Assembly: GCF_001447785.1 (NCBI RefSeq)
Contig: NW_015168051.1
Location: 1,204,877 to 1,268,876, forward strand
Source of the DNA: Gekko japonicus
Taxonomy: Eukaryota
Direction: 5' to 3'
Length of the DNA stretch: 64,000 nt
Numbering within the stretch: the stretch's first letter is position 1; each line of letters begins with the position of its first letter. The translations under genes and the position numbers were made by a program. The notes beneath the pieces were generated by a model that was given only the letters and a program-made list of their open reading frames with translations, ran no database searches and was not told the DNA's origin. This document shows positions 1 to 11,810 of this stretch, piece after piece.

Positions 1-198
1 TTCAACTGGGGAAAATGTCACAGGAGAAAATAGTTAAACCCTACCTTAATTCTGCAGATCTAAAATTAGGGACCCCACTGAGCTGCTATGTATAAAGAAA
101 CAATGTTTGAGAGCTGTGAACATGGAACTCCCAACATCCTTCCTAGTTTTATTCTTCATCCCACTGTATTTAGTAGAACTTATTCCCACATACGCCTA

Positions 199-521
199 GG
201 ACCTGCAGTGGCTCAAGTGGTTAAGACGCTGAACTGAAGACCAGAAGAGACCTGAGTGCCACGTGACGGAGTGAGCTCCCATCGCTGGTTCCAGCTCCTG
301 CGAACCTAGCAGTTCGAAAGCAAGAAATTGCAAGTAGGTAAATAGGTACTGCTTTAGTGGGAAGGTAACAGCGTTCCATGCACCTTGGCGTTTAGTCATG
401 CTGGCCACATGACCACGGAAACGTCTTTGGACAGTGCTGGCTCTTCAGCTTGGAAACGGAGAGGAGCACCGCAACCCTAGAGTTGGATTTGACTGGCTTT
501 CGAGCAAGGGAAACCTTTACC
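199..521 (+). mobile_element. Sauria SINE
   Basis: tRNA-like head (GGTGGCTCAAGTGGTTAAG-type), ACCTTT tail, TSD tattcccacatac (181-193 / 522-534). Confidence 0.9.
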
Positions 522-847
522 TATTCCCACATACAGGAGCACAGGCGTATAACCCAGGCTTGACTCGCAATGCATGACAGCTTACAGAAGTGTTAAAACT
601 AAGCATGCTAATCTTGATCACAGTTCTCTCTTCATTTTAAAGTTTGCAACAAATTACTGCAAGTATTAGCTAATATTAGCAGTAGTTCTTATCTTGGTAA
701 AGCTCATCTTAAACAAAAATCATGAGGATAAGGCAAGATCTGCTTAGTTTAAAAAATCTGTTGATTATTACTTCTTTTAATTCACCATAACTCCTTGGCA
801 ACATCAGGATACAAAGTGTAAACATATTTTTTTTAAATCACACTCAC

Positions 848-928
848 TTGATCCCTTTCCGAGTTACCAGTTTCTCTGAAGTGAAGTTGAAAACTTGTGA
901 AAAGCGCTTTAACTTAAATTCAGTCATT
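848..928 (-). CDS. MPPE1: MPPE1 coding exon (81 nt)
   Basis: [27 protein letters not shown]; cacag acceptor, gtgagt donor. Confidence 0.9.
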
Positions 929-3900
929 CTGTGTATAAAAATAAAGAGTATGCTGCATTTGACTTCGAATTCATTCTAAGCATCTCAAATATTGGCTGTA
1001 AATGAATGGCTAGCAAATGGCAGATTATTTACATGGTAGTTGAGTGTACTATTTTCCCCAGTAACTTTAGTGAAACATTTCACTGCCATAGGTCAGATGG
1101 GATTAATGAAATACACAGGCTTTTTGTGCTTTACAGCATCTAGGGAACTTCCAGACATATGGATTAGAGTCAAAAGAACTGGAACTGAAGCTCCATTGAT
1201 GGAATGGATCGCTTCTATTTCATCCAATGAAACTCTCTGTGCCATCAGAAAGGCTGTTCCCAAGGATCAGGAGATTCCCAGGAACAATGTAGGATACAGT
1301 TTAAGTCAAAGATCTACAAAAATTGGAATCCCTGTCCATTTGTGCAAGCAGAAACACCTTCCCCTCACAGAAGGGCACCTTTTGATCCAACCTTTGGTTC
1401 TTTTTGCTTTTTCATTCTTCCAATTGTTTATTTGTCCCTAGAGTGCACACAAGACAGGCTATAGCAAATACTTCACCTATGCTGTATTCAGACACCACAA
1501 TAAAACAGCTTGAAAGTATTACAGTTTATAATGTACAGTTTATAATGTAATTCAAATGCAAGTTGTCTTCGAAACTGTGGAAACTGTCTTAGAACCTTGT
1601 TTATACCTTGGATCCTAACAGTCATTTATCTTCTGAATTCAGAAATCCCAGTTTTTTCTCTATCCCCGACTTTCTCAGCCACCCTGACATAGTAGTACAG
1701 CATAGCAGAAAGACACAACACAGACTTGTCATAACTGAGTTGCCTCTGACTTTGGTTCTACAAACAGCCAGCTACCCAAGATGAGATGCTGGAAATTTAA
1801 GGGGCTACATGTGGTGCTGCTCCTTGGGGTGTGGGGGTGCAGGCGAAGCAAAGACGACAGGATACAAGCTTGCAGGAACTGTCTGAAACCTCTCGGCTTC
1901 CCAGCATTTATTTATACACCTTTCTTCCCCCTTCTCCCTCCCTCTCCCTCCGTAAGGGAGTTACAAACATTCGAGCATCCTTTTGGAATGTGTGTGTGTG
2001 TTTTCAGGCAGCTGTCTGCTATCTGCCTCTCCCCCTTTCTCAAGGCTAACTGACTGCGTAGTTAGGCAGTCACCAGACTTCTCTTAGCACACAAATACTT
2101 TCGGGTTACCAATCTCCAGGCAGGAGATTGCACTGCTTTCCCACAGCTACACAGGCAAATACTTTGGCAGGAAAACACAGGAGTCCAAACAGGAGAGTAT
2201 TTTCACAGCTGAGGCAGTAAAACTATCTTTGGCCCCAGTCACACGGGTCGGATATCGCGGGGGGGAGGTGTGGCTGTTTGCCCCAGGGCAAAATAACACG
2301 CTGTTGCGTGATCAGACGTCCCGTGGAGGTTCCGTGGAGGTCCCGTGGGTAGGGGGGAGGTGCCGATCACAGGACAATCCTGCGGCGCGGCAAAGAAGTA
2401 GTGCGGTGCGGCAAACGGGTTGTTTTTTTCTGTACACCAAAGTATGCGCATGCTCCGTTGGGTGCTTGTGCGCATCCATGGAGACTTGGGGGGAAAAAAA
2501 CCTTTTTGCAAGGGGACATGGGCGGGTGCCGGATGCCACCGGAAACGCGATCAGACGCCCGCCCTTGCCCCGCGGTTACCGGAAACTAGTACCTCGGAGG
2601 CACTAGTTTTTTACCCTGCATCTTTGGCGGGAAGCCTCGGGTGAGCCACGGGAGCTCTACGCTTCCCAGATGTGGCGGTGAGATCGCGCCTGGAAAATCC
2701 ACCTATCTTCCGTCTCTCTAGCGTGGCTAATGTTCCGTGTGACCGCAGCCTAAGTACAGCATGATGAAGCAGGAAGCTTCACCCCAGATGCACTCTTGGA
2801 AGCACATCAAGAGATGGATCAGGGCTTCAGTGTTAGGACAATACAGCTCTATTTCCCCACACTAATGTTGCTACTTAATCAAACCTGATTTACTATATAG
2901 TCCTATGTCATCCAGATGGCAGAGATTTTATGATGAAGGAAACAATGATGTTTTGAAAGAAATTACTTTGAAGAACAGTATCTGGGGGAAATTTCCCTAG
3001 GGCCCCAGTGCTCTGTAAAAGAGCAGGGAAAGGGCAGAATGCATGGCTGGTATAATGTTCAGTTTTTCAGAGCAATCTTCTTCCATACAGACGAAGACTT
3101 CACACTTACACTGAAGGTTCTACCTTACAATAAAGGTAGGCTTGAATTGTTACAGAAGGCAGTTATTATTCTAATTCTGACAAGTCCCACCATGGTACTA
3201 TATTGTTTTGCCAAATACTCACTCATAATGAAAGCCAATGTCATGGTTGCCAACAATTACAATCAGCTCAGTGTGGGCTGGATGCCTAAACATCTTTTGA
3301 AAGCGTCGTACATCATCTGACCAAGCCTGCAGGAAAATGCATAAAGCTTCAGTTGCTGAATAATGCTATTTAAAAGGTTCTTCACACCTTTTCATCACTG
3401 TCAGATATTGCTATTTGTCCCAGACTTCTGCTAACTACCACCAACACTCCCGTGCCATAACCTGGTTTAAAACCAGCTACCTACACGGTATTAATATTCC
3501 AACTGGGATTGCCCACTCTATTCATCCCCAAGAAAGAAGTTTCTTGGCACAATCTTAGATAAATTGGGCCCCTGCTCCATATCTGGAAAAGTTATACCTT
3601 TACTTGCAGAAGTGGAGGCAGAGTATTCGTACAAGGTTGCACTTTTTGCCCTAGCAACAAAGAATCAAGTTGACTAAATCTTTGCCTGCTAAGTAGCCAG
3701 GGCTATGTCAAGGTATATAAGGTCCTTACTCCAAACCCTATATCCATTCTGTATGTTTTAGTTCTTTATCTTACATTATTTTAAGAATGTAGCCAGCTTT
3801 ATGCTTGACACATATCTTATATTTTTAATCCCTGTGTTTTATGCAGATTTTATTCTGTATTTTATAGGTTCTATTGTATTGTATTGTATTGTATTGTATT

Positions 3901-5214
3901 TGTAACGGCCATTGGCCATATGCAATAAATTGGAAATTGGAAATATTTCAACTACAATTGTGGACAGCTTTCAGAATGCAGGCACTCTGACCAGCTTTCT
4001 GTGAGAGATGCCCACAGCCCTGATACATTTTAAGATAAGCACATACAAACACACACAGAGTAACGCACAAAGTATCTTGTTTTTCAAATGCAACACTATA
4101 TTATAAAAAATGATCAAGCAGCAATTTCCTTCTTGAGCCATTAACTGTTCTGACAACAACAATGACAAAGAATTCTGTAAGCAAAGGATCATTGCTTAAT
4201 TTCTGAGACAACATGAATGGATGCTTTTCAGCAACTCTGTGCTACTGGATGTTGTATTACTGGTTCAGCTTGTGCCCAGATTACACTACTCAGCATATCC
4301 TAGTTCAATCCACTTTCTCTTGAGCATCAATCTAGATTTAAACACACAAAAGACTCCCACACACTACCTAGTTAAAATGAAATGCCAGGATATATGGCAA
4401 GTACAAGAACAATGGTTTCAAAGTAGTTTTCTTTAACTTGATTATGGATTAAGCTACTGATTCACAAACATGGCCACAAAATGAAGACCACATCAAAGAA
4501 ACGTATTCGTTCCCTGACCCTGTGCTTTTGTGCACAACTAATTCAATAAAACCCTATTTTTTCTTCAAGAATACTTTAGCATTGCACACAATACTGACCT
4601 GAGAAGAGCTCCACTTCCCTTCATCAAAGATGTCACCTAGAATAAAAACAACTTCTGGCTGCAGCAGCCGTAGGGCAGTTTGGAAGGCTCTTTCCATTTG
4701 CCATTCTCTAAGAGAAGAAAAAGAGGTACCAGTCCCAAGACTTTCGAATTAATATCACAAAGAGCTTGTCCGGGCCTGTGTTAAAAGGAAAGAGATATGC
4801 AGATATGCAAAGAACCAGCCTTCCTCCTTGATAAAGTTAGGGAATCGTTTTTGTGTGTGCCTCTCTCTCTTCAACAAGTGTCACAGGGCACAATCCAACC
4901 CCCCTCCCCACAAAAAAATCAGTTACAGTCAGTTCTTACCTCCTTAGCTTATCCAACCAATGTCCTTGGATTTCACCAAGCAAATGAGTATCTGCTAAAA
5001 ACATAGCCTTCAAAACAGACTCTGAAGTCTGTTCAGTGCCTTCTAGAGTCTGAGTTTTCAGTTGTGGCCAGTGACACTGAATTATAACTATGTAATAAAT
5101 TAAAAATTCACAGAAGACAATCACAGGAAGAGTAAAACATAACAGTTTCAGGACAAGTGAGCCTCTTTTCCTCCAAAAGAGCTTGCTCACAATACTGAAG
5201 CGCAGAAATGCCAT
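848..5214 (-). CDS. MPPE1: Metallophosphoesterase 1 (PGAP5), 5' part; coding exons 5214-4940, 4707-4599, 3326-3223, 928-848; gene continues beyond the window start
   Basis: Spliced translation MAFLRFS...FCEFLIYY...[24 protein letters not shown]|[11 protein letters not shown]...[13 protein letters not shown]|[16 protein letters not shown]...[10 protein letters not shown]|MTEFKLKRF...KGIN has the DxH, GDxxD and GNHD metallophosphoesterase motifs and matches vertebrate MPPE1. All introns are GT-AG and phase-compatible. An upstream in-frame ATG lies at 5256. Confidence 0.96.
2231..2750. mobile_element. Non-autonomous DNA transposon (PIF/Harbinger-like MITE)
   Basis: Imperfect TIRs GGCCCCAGTCACACGG ... 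CCGTGTGACCGCAGCC; near-identical copy at 34825; superfamily inferred from TIR style. Confidence 0.7.
3223..3326 (-). CDS. MPPE1: MPPE1 coding exon (104 nt)
   Basis: [35 protein letters not shown]; ctgcag acceptor, gtgagt donor. Confidence 0.95.
3873..3904. repeat. (ATTGT)n microsatellite
   Basis: Direct reading. Confidence 0.9.
4599..4707 (-). CDS. MPPE1: MPPE1 coding exon (109 nt)
   Basis: [36 protein letters not shown]; cttag acceptor, gtcagt donor. Confidence 0.95.
4940..5214 (-). CDS. MPPE1: MPPE1 first coding exon (exon acceptor at 5307)
   Basis: TM segment plus ADTHLLG motif; donor AG|gtaaga at 4940/4939; acceptor tcttgcag at 5308. Confidence 0.95.
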
Positions 5215-6073
5215 ATCAGATGACCGTTTCTCCCTGTAGATGGCACTACAATTCATCGATTCAGGCTGTTAAGTCCAATGCAAGTCTCTTCATTTCAACT
5301 GGAAACTCTGCAAGAGACACAGACAATAAAACTGTGCAGCACCTATGCTAAATATTTGTTTATATAGTGAGATACTACAATGCAGGGAGGGCAGGGTATA
5401 AGTAGAATAATAAATAAATTGAATACACAAATAAATAATAAAATTGCTTTAAAAGTCTTGTAGTGATATAAGGAAGCAAAGAGAAGGCAGAGGATTTCAT
5501 TTACCAGGAAAACTTACTTCATTAAAAAGAACAAATGTATATCCAAGATGCATTTAAAGATACAAATACAAGATATTATGTAAGAAGCAGCCTTAAATGT
5601 ATAGCATTGGTATTTTTATGCTAAATGTCTGGTCACTCAAGAACTGTCTTTGCCTTGTCAAGAGAACTGCAAAGGGGTATTAGCCCTGTCAGTCTGTTTT
5701 AGCAAATAAAACAAAAGTCCAGTGGCCCCCTAAACACTAACAACATGTATTTCAAGATGAGCTTTGATGAGTTACAGCTCACTCCCTCAGATATGCGAAG
5801 CAGCGAGCTATGACTTCTGAAAGCTCACCTTAAAAATGTTTATTTTTAGTCTTTAAAGTGCAGTGTAAAGGGCAGTGAATCTCATCACAATTAGATGGAT
5901 CAAGGCCGGCACAGTGTTGTACCAAACCCTTCTTTGGAAGGAAAGGCATGAAAATTGCGGATTAGCTCTCCACTTGACCGTAGTGCAAAAACCGATCTGT
6001 GCTCTAGGAAGTTCTCACCTTAAAGGGGTCATGAACTAAGCAGGGGGTCTGCGGCAAGCCGCCCTGTCTCAAC

Positions 6074-6255
6074 CAGTGTTCCCTCTAAGCTGAGTTAGTG
6101 TGAGCTAGCTCACAGTTTTTTAGCCTCCAGCTCACACATTTTTGTCTTGGCTCAGGAAGGGATGGCTCCAGAGCCCACTAATTTATGCAGCAGCCAAATT
6201 GTTCGCTCACAATTTTAATGCCAGTGGCTCGCAAAATAGAATTTTTGCTCACTAG
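6074..6255 (+). mobile_element. hAT-type MITE, 3' TIR missing
   Basis: 5' TIR and body match the copy at 36415. Confidence 0.8.
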
Positions 6256-7452
6256 ACCCCATCAGCAGGGGGACTGCGGCAAGTCGCCCTGTCTCAACTA
6301 CCCACCCCACCATATGGGGGGAAACCGTTACTGTGCAAGTTCCAGCGCTGTATCCCTGTCTGTCCGCAGCGAAACAAACAAAGGTCCTGTAGTACCTTAA
6401 CAGCTTTTGTGCCATCTTCAAGCCCACTTCATCAGACGCAGTTCAGAAAATCCTGTATGGTTTTTCTTCTTATACGCAGAGAGAGGGAAGGGGGTGGGGG
6501 GAGAGAATCGTGCACCTTAGATTTAAAAATTCCTGGACTTTGCACGACTGTTGTGAGCAATGTTCCCCCTAAGCCTAACATTAAATGCGACGTCCAGTGA
6601 GGAGCGAAAGGCTGCGTGTCGTGACGACACAGCGGCAAGACACCAGGAGAGAGGCGGAAGAAGAACTCCACCGGGCAGCTCCCGCGAGCACCGCCGACCC
6701 ATCTCTAGCGCTCACGGGAAGGGGTCGGAGCAACGCGCAGCCGCCGTTTCTCCCCTTGGCCAGCAGCCGCCTGCGCGGGAAAGGCGCAAAGGGGAGGGCC
6801 TGGCTTCTCGGGAGCCGAAGGGAAGCGTCGATGGCGGAAGTCGAGCCCTCCCCAGCGTCCAGCCAGCCAGCCGAAACGCCCCCGCCGGTCCGGCCAGGCC
6901 TCCTTCCAACCCCACCGTGTGACTCACCCAGAAGGAAGAGCAGGCAGCTCCCGGCGGCGGCGGCGGCGCTGGACGCCGAGTCGGCGTCAGGGGGCTGACG
7001 CTTGCCGCCAAGGCCCGCCCCGGCTGAAGCGCTGCCCGGCGGGCTGAGGGAGGGCGCGGGAAGCGGCTGGCCCAGCAGCCCAGAGGCTGCAAGAGGCGCA
7101 GGAAGCGGCAGGTGGCTCGTGGGGGGAGGCTGCCCTCCCCACCACCACCGGGTCACCCGGCGCCCTTGTGCGGGACTGGTCGGTGCGCAGGAGAGGAGGG
7201 GCTGGTTTGGGCGAGGAGCAGGGCCAGGGCGAAGACGTCGGTGTTGGCACCGGGGCGCGGCCAGGGCAAGTGGAGGCCGGTCAGCCAGGCGGGCGACGCG
7301 TGATCAGGGCGCTGCAGTGCTGGGACGGCGCCAGGCCACTTGCAGGAATCTGCCTTTTGGAAAGGCCTGGGAACAAAGTCGCCGAGGAAGGAGGTGAGGA
7401 GGAGGAGGAGGAGAGTGCTGGAAGCCCCGGCGGTGGGCTCGTCCCGGCAGGC

Positions 7453-7489
7453 GAAATGAAAGCGAAAGCCGGCCTGGGGGGCTATAAAG
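7453..7489 (+). promoter_or_regulatory. IRF/ISRE-like element (GAAATGAAAGCGAAAGC, 7453-7469) and TATA box (TATAAAG, 7483-7489)
   Basis: Tandem GAAAnnGAAA matches the IRF consensus; the TATA lies about 90 nt upstream of the ATG at 7580. Confidence 0.55.
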
Positions 7490-7579
7490 GGCCCCGCCGA
7501 GGATGCCTCCAGCCACTCAGACCCTCCGCAGACCCTTGACGTGCCCAGCAGCTCCACCACTCGCCTGTCCGCCGGCCCG

Positions 7580-7652
7580 ATGGCTCTCTGCCCGCTGCAC
7601 GCCTTGGTCCTCCTGGGCGCCGCCGCCTTCTGCATCCTCCTCTCCGCCCAAG
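7580..7652 (+). CDS. Putative exon 1 of a small secreted protein (signal peptide MALCPLHALVLLGAAAFCILLSAQ-G)
   Basis: Hydrophobic h-region and small-residue cleavage region; 73 nt ending at a phase-1 donor AAG|gtacc; TATA and ISRE-like motif upstream; downstream exons not identified (assembly gap). Confidence 0.5.
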
Positions 7653-7823
7653 GTACCAACGGGGAGGGGCGGCGGTCTCGCAAGGCCAGGCGTGGGCAGT
7701 GCCCGTCGTTGGAGCCCCGAGTGGGCTCTGCCACTGCTGCTTAAATTATACTGCTCTGGAGCCGTCTTTCCTAAGCGAAGACAAACCTGTGCAAGCTGTA
7801 GGCTAAACCCCCCCCCCCCGCTC

Positions 7824-8661
7824 NNNNNNNNNNNNNNNNNNNNNNNNNNNNNNNNNNNNNNNNNNNNNNNNNNNNNNNNNNNNNNNNNNNNNNNNNNNNN
7901 NNNNNNNNNNNNNNNNNNNNNNNNNNNNNNNNNNNNNNNNNNNNNNNNNNNNNNNNNNNNNNNNNNNNNNNNNNNNNNNNNNNNNNNNNNNNNNNNNNNN
8001 NNNNNNNNNNNNNNNNNNNNNNNNNNNNNNNNNNNNNNNNNNNNNNNNNNNNNNNNNNNNNNNNNNNNNNNNNNNNNNNNNNNNNNNNNNNNNNNNNNNN
8101 NNNNNNNNNNNNNNNNNNNNNNNNNNNNNNNNNNNNNNNNNNNNNNNNNNNNNNNNNNNNNNNNNNNNNNNNNNNNNNNNNNNNNNNNNNNNNNNNNNNN
8201 NNNNNNNNNNNNNNNNNNNNNNNNNNNNNNNNNNNNNNNNNNNNNNNNNNNNNNNNNNNNNNNNNNNNNNNNNNNNNNNNNNNNNNNNNNNNNNNNNNNN
8301 NNNNNNNNNNNNNNNNNNNNNNNNNNNNNNNNNNNNNNNNNNNNNNNNNNNNNNNNNNNNNNNNNNNNNNNNNNNNNNNNNNNNNNNNNNNNNNNNNNNN
8401 NNNNNNNNNNNNNNNNNNNNNNNNNNNNNNNNNNNNNNNNNNNNNNNNNNNNNNNNNNNNNNNNNNNNNNNNNNNNNNNNNNNNNNNNNNNNNNNNNNNN
8501 NNNNNNNNNNNNNNNNNNNNNNNNNNNNNNNNNNNNNNNNNNNNNNNNNNNNNNNNNNNNNNNNNNNNNNNNNNNNNNNNNNNNNNNNNNNNNNNNNNNN
8601 NNNNNNNNNNNNNNNNNNNNNNNNNNNNNNNNNNNNNNNNNNNNNNNNNNNNNNNNNNNNN
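7824..8661. other. Assembly gap (838 N)
   Basis: Run of N. Confidence 1.
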
Positions 8662-9159
8662 TTGTTTATTTTTTAAATAAAATAGGGGGATGCTGAATGG
8701 CGGCTTTTGCATCTTTCCACTGACTTACACATGATGAGTTTTCTCTAATTCCCAAAGTTAACTTTTTTTGGAGATGATTTTTCTTAGAATGTATTGAAGA
8801 ACAGAAGCAATTTAACCCTTATATAAGAAAGTGCACACATCTGTCTACCCAAAACATGTGCTTCCTGCGGGAGTAAGAAAGAGTCTGTGCCTGAGAGTTC
8901 GTGTGTCAGCTGTCAGCACTCAGGCAATGACAAGGGGTGCTTATCTCAGTGATTCTATCTTCCTTTAAAAAGGACCATTGCCTCACTTAACATTGCACAT
9001 CAGGCTTACGTTTCTTGCTGATCTTCTCTAGTGCTACCCACCCACACCTGGCAGTCAAAGTCTGAACCTTTAGTGACCCTCTGTTTGCTGCTATAATGGG
9101 CAAGAGCCCAAACACAGCTATCAGATGAGGCCAGGACAGTACAGCTTGCATTTCTTATT

Positions 9160-9523
9160 AGTGAAAGGGAGCAAGAGTCCAACAACACCTTAAAGAAAAG
9201 ACTAACAAAATTTGTGACAGGGCATGAGCTTTCATGAATCACTGCTCACTTATTCATATACAGCTGGAATGTGAGTCCATCTCTCCTTATATCGTGGAGA
9301 GTGAAATGATTTCAGATGCCAAATGACAATAGCGGGCATTGTTAATGAGAGAAACAACCTAGGTCTCAGTTCAGTCCAAGAGTTTGCATTGTCTTGAGCT
9401 TCTTTATCAATTGCAATTCAGTAATCTCTCTTTCTAATCTCCCTCTGAAATGCCTATCTAAGAGAATTGCCACTTTTAGGTCTGCAACTGAATGTCCTGG
9501 AAGGTTAAATTTCCCCCCACTGG
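9160..9523 (-). mobile_element. Penelope-like retroelement, 3' end (GIY-YIG C-terminus plus pLTR)
   Basis: Minus-strand translation FNLPGHSVADLKVAILLDRHFRGRLEREITELQLIKKLKTMQTLGLN is typical of the PLE GIY-YIG tail; followed by the GAAAGCTCA...TTAGTCT...AAGGTG terminal motif. Confidence 0.8.
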
Positions 9524-9665
9524 TTTTTTGTCTTAGCTCAGGAAGGATGGCTCCAGAGCAAACTAATTCATGCGGCAGCCAAATTGCTCTCTCACAACTT
9601 TAATGGCAGTAGCTCACAAAGTAGAAATTTTGCTCACAAAACTCCACAGCTTAGAGGGAACATTG
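9524..9665 (+). mobile_element. hAT-type MITE, 5'-truncated
   Basis: Body plus 3' TIR CTTAGAGGGAACATTG. Confidence 0.8.
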
Positions 9666-10594
9666 GTGGTGGGCCCCCTGAGCAAAATGTTGTTAGCTAC
9701 GGGCCTGCGTCCAGGTCGCGCACGCGAGCCACGCAAGTGACTCCCCACAACAGGAAACGCCTCTGCCAGTGGCTGACAGGTGTCCCTGGCCGGTTGCTGT
9801 GCCTCCGCTTCAGAGTTCGGGCAGCCTGTCCTGGACGCTGGCTCGGCCTCGACGAGGTGACCATCGGCTGCTCCGGGATTCTAGGCGGCTTCTGCTTCGT
9901 GCGCCTCTCACTGGCCCGGGGAAGCGGCCCTTGAGTCCACCCCCCCCCCCCCGTGGTCTTTCTCGGAGTATGGGGGGGGAGATGCTCCTCTCCCGACTGC
10001 AATGGGCAATGCATGGAGAGCTAGGGGGATGATGCAATAGGGCTGACTCCACCACTGCTGCGGGAGAGCTCCAAGTTGTTTCACGTTTGGCATCGGAAAA
10101 CGCTCAGGGTTGCAAATATTAATGGTGGTACTGCATAGCAAACCGGAAGGCTGGATGAAGTGCTGTCAGGGAGAAAACAGTCATTGACCAACAGAAGCTG
10201 GTGCTTTGGGGACGGAGTGATATTTTATTAACCTAGCACATGTACTTAGAGCCTTTCCCGTCTATTTTGTGTCTGTTACAGATTCCAAACGTACAACAGG
10301 GTGCTACTTTATATTGGGCATAATCAACCGAATTTTACTTAAACAGGTTTAAGTTCCATTGATTTACATAATGAGGCATCAGCTGGCTGTGAATTAAAAT
10401 AAAAATGTTTTAAGCAACAAAAACATTTAAGCCACATGCTTAACATTGCAACCCTATACAAGTGACTCCAGTCTTGATTTCCATTGGGTTTAAGAGTGCA
10501 ACATGTCATAAGATTGCAATCCTAGTCTTCTGTTGAAGCCAGAAGAGATGTAACAGTGCTTAACTGTGGCTGGGTCTATATGTTGCCTACCTTA

Positions 10595-10966
10595 GGCCCC
10601 GGCCACACATGCCAGAAAACGTGGGGGGGAGGTGTGGCTATTTGCACCGTCGCATTCTGATCCGCCATTATGCGATCAGACGTGACAGCGGCGCACCGGG
10701 GTTGCATCCTTTGGCGTGTGCTGCAAAGAGGACGGCCAGAGGGAATAGGTGCACACTGGCGCGATCACACCAAACAAGTCTGTCTGCAGCCTGTGGCAAA
10801 CCATTTGCTAGTAGATCTTTGCAGGTACTTTTTAACTGCGCATCTTTGGCAACACGCCACGGGTTGGCCATGGGTGCACTACGCTTCCAAGATGTTGCGG
10901 TGTGATCGCGCCCCGAAAATCCGCCCAGCATTCATGCCTTTCACGTGGCAAATTCTCCGTGTGACA
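10595..10966. mobile_element. Diverged relative of the Harbinger-like MITE
   Basis: Starts GGCCCCGGCCACAC; shares the CTACGCTTCC...GATCGCGCCCCGAAAATCCGCC block. Confidence 0.6.
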
Positions 10967-11461
10967 GTTTCACATGCAGTCTGGGGACTGCTGTTTGAGT
11001 AAAACTAGTCTCAGCCACTATGGGCTGACTGAAGTAGTATCACAGATGTTGGTCAGTATTAACATCAAGTGTTTGTCGGATAAATGGGAGGCACTTCAAA
11101 AGCTGGTTGCTGTTAAATGTAGTATCTTGATAATGTGAGGTACAAGGCACAGTTCCTTCAGATGCAAACCCTGTTTGGCCAGTCTTAGCCACTTGGGTCT
11201 GATGGAAATCTCAACTTGCTGTAAGGTCCAGCTACATTTCAATATTACGGTTCCTCTGCTGTAAAATTGAGAAAATTGAGAATACAAATGCTTATGTTGC
11301 AAGAACTTCTGTGATAGCTAACACCTAACATTTTAATGCAGCTTTCACAAAATTAAAAATGGTTGCATACCCCCTTGCAATTTCAGTGTACTTTCTAAAT
11401 CTTATTGTTATATGAGAACCTTAGAAAGTTCCCACCAGAAGTTACAGTCTTAAACCCCTTG

Positions 11462-11810
11462 TAAAGGTAAAGGTTCCCTTGCTCAAAAGCCAGTCGAGTC
11501 CGACTCTAGGGTTGCGGTGCTCATCTCCGTTTCAAAGCCGAAGAGCCAGCGCTGTCCAAAGACGTTTCCGTGGTCATGTGGCCGGCATGACTAGATGCCG
11601 AGGTGCACGGAACGCTGTTACCTTCCCACCAAAGTGGTACCTATTTATCTACTTGCAATTTCTTGCTTTCGAACTGCTAGGTTGGCAGGAGCTGGGGCCA
11701 GAGACAGGAGCTCACTCCATCATGCGGCAACTCGGGTCTCGAACTGTTGAACTACCGACCTTCCACAGCCTGCAGTTCAGCGTCTTAACCACTTGAGCCA
11801 CCACAGCTCC
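11462..11810 (-). mobile_element. Sauria SINE
   Basis: Reverse complement of the copies at 199 and 62807. Confidence 0.9.

Larger units (their letters stand above)
6560..7823. promoter_or_regulatory. CpG island / MPPE1 promoter with non-coding exon 1 (minus-strand donor at 6928/6927); probably bidirectional
   Basis: Very GC- and CpG-rich; G|gtgagt donor on minus strand; GGAAG ETS-like and GC-box motifs around 7050-7110. Confidence 0.8.

Noticed and set aside
199-270. tRNA-like A/B boxes
   Set aside because: SINE heads; no complete cloverleaf tRNA gene.
196-408. Recurring peptide 'ARNAVTFPPKWYLFIYLQFLAFELLG' (also at 11479, 20518 and 62862)
   Set aside because: Translation of Sauria SINE copies, not a gene family.
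6560-7734. Many overlapping Pro/Arg/Gly-rich ORFs, also at 30198-31194 and 25286-25791
   Set aside because: Expected from stop-codon scarcity in CpG islands; only IMPA2 exon 1 and the signal-peptide exon have independent support.
7503-8712. 397-aa and 313-aa ORFs, and similar ORFs at 53462-54061
   Set aside because: Artefacts of translating through N gaps.
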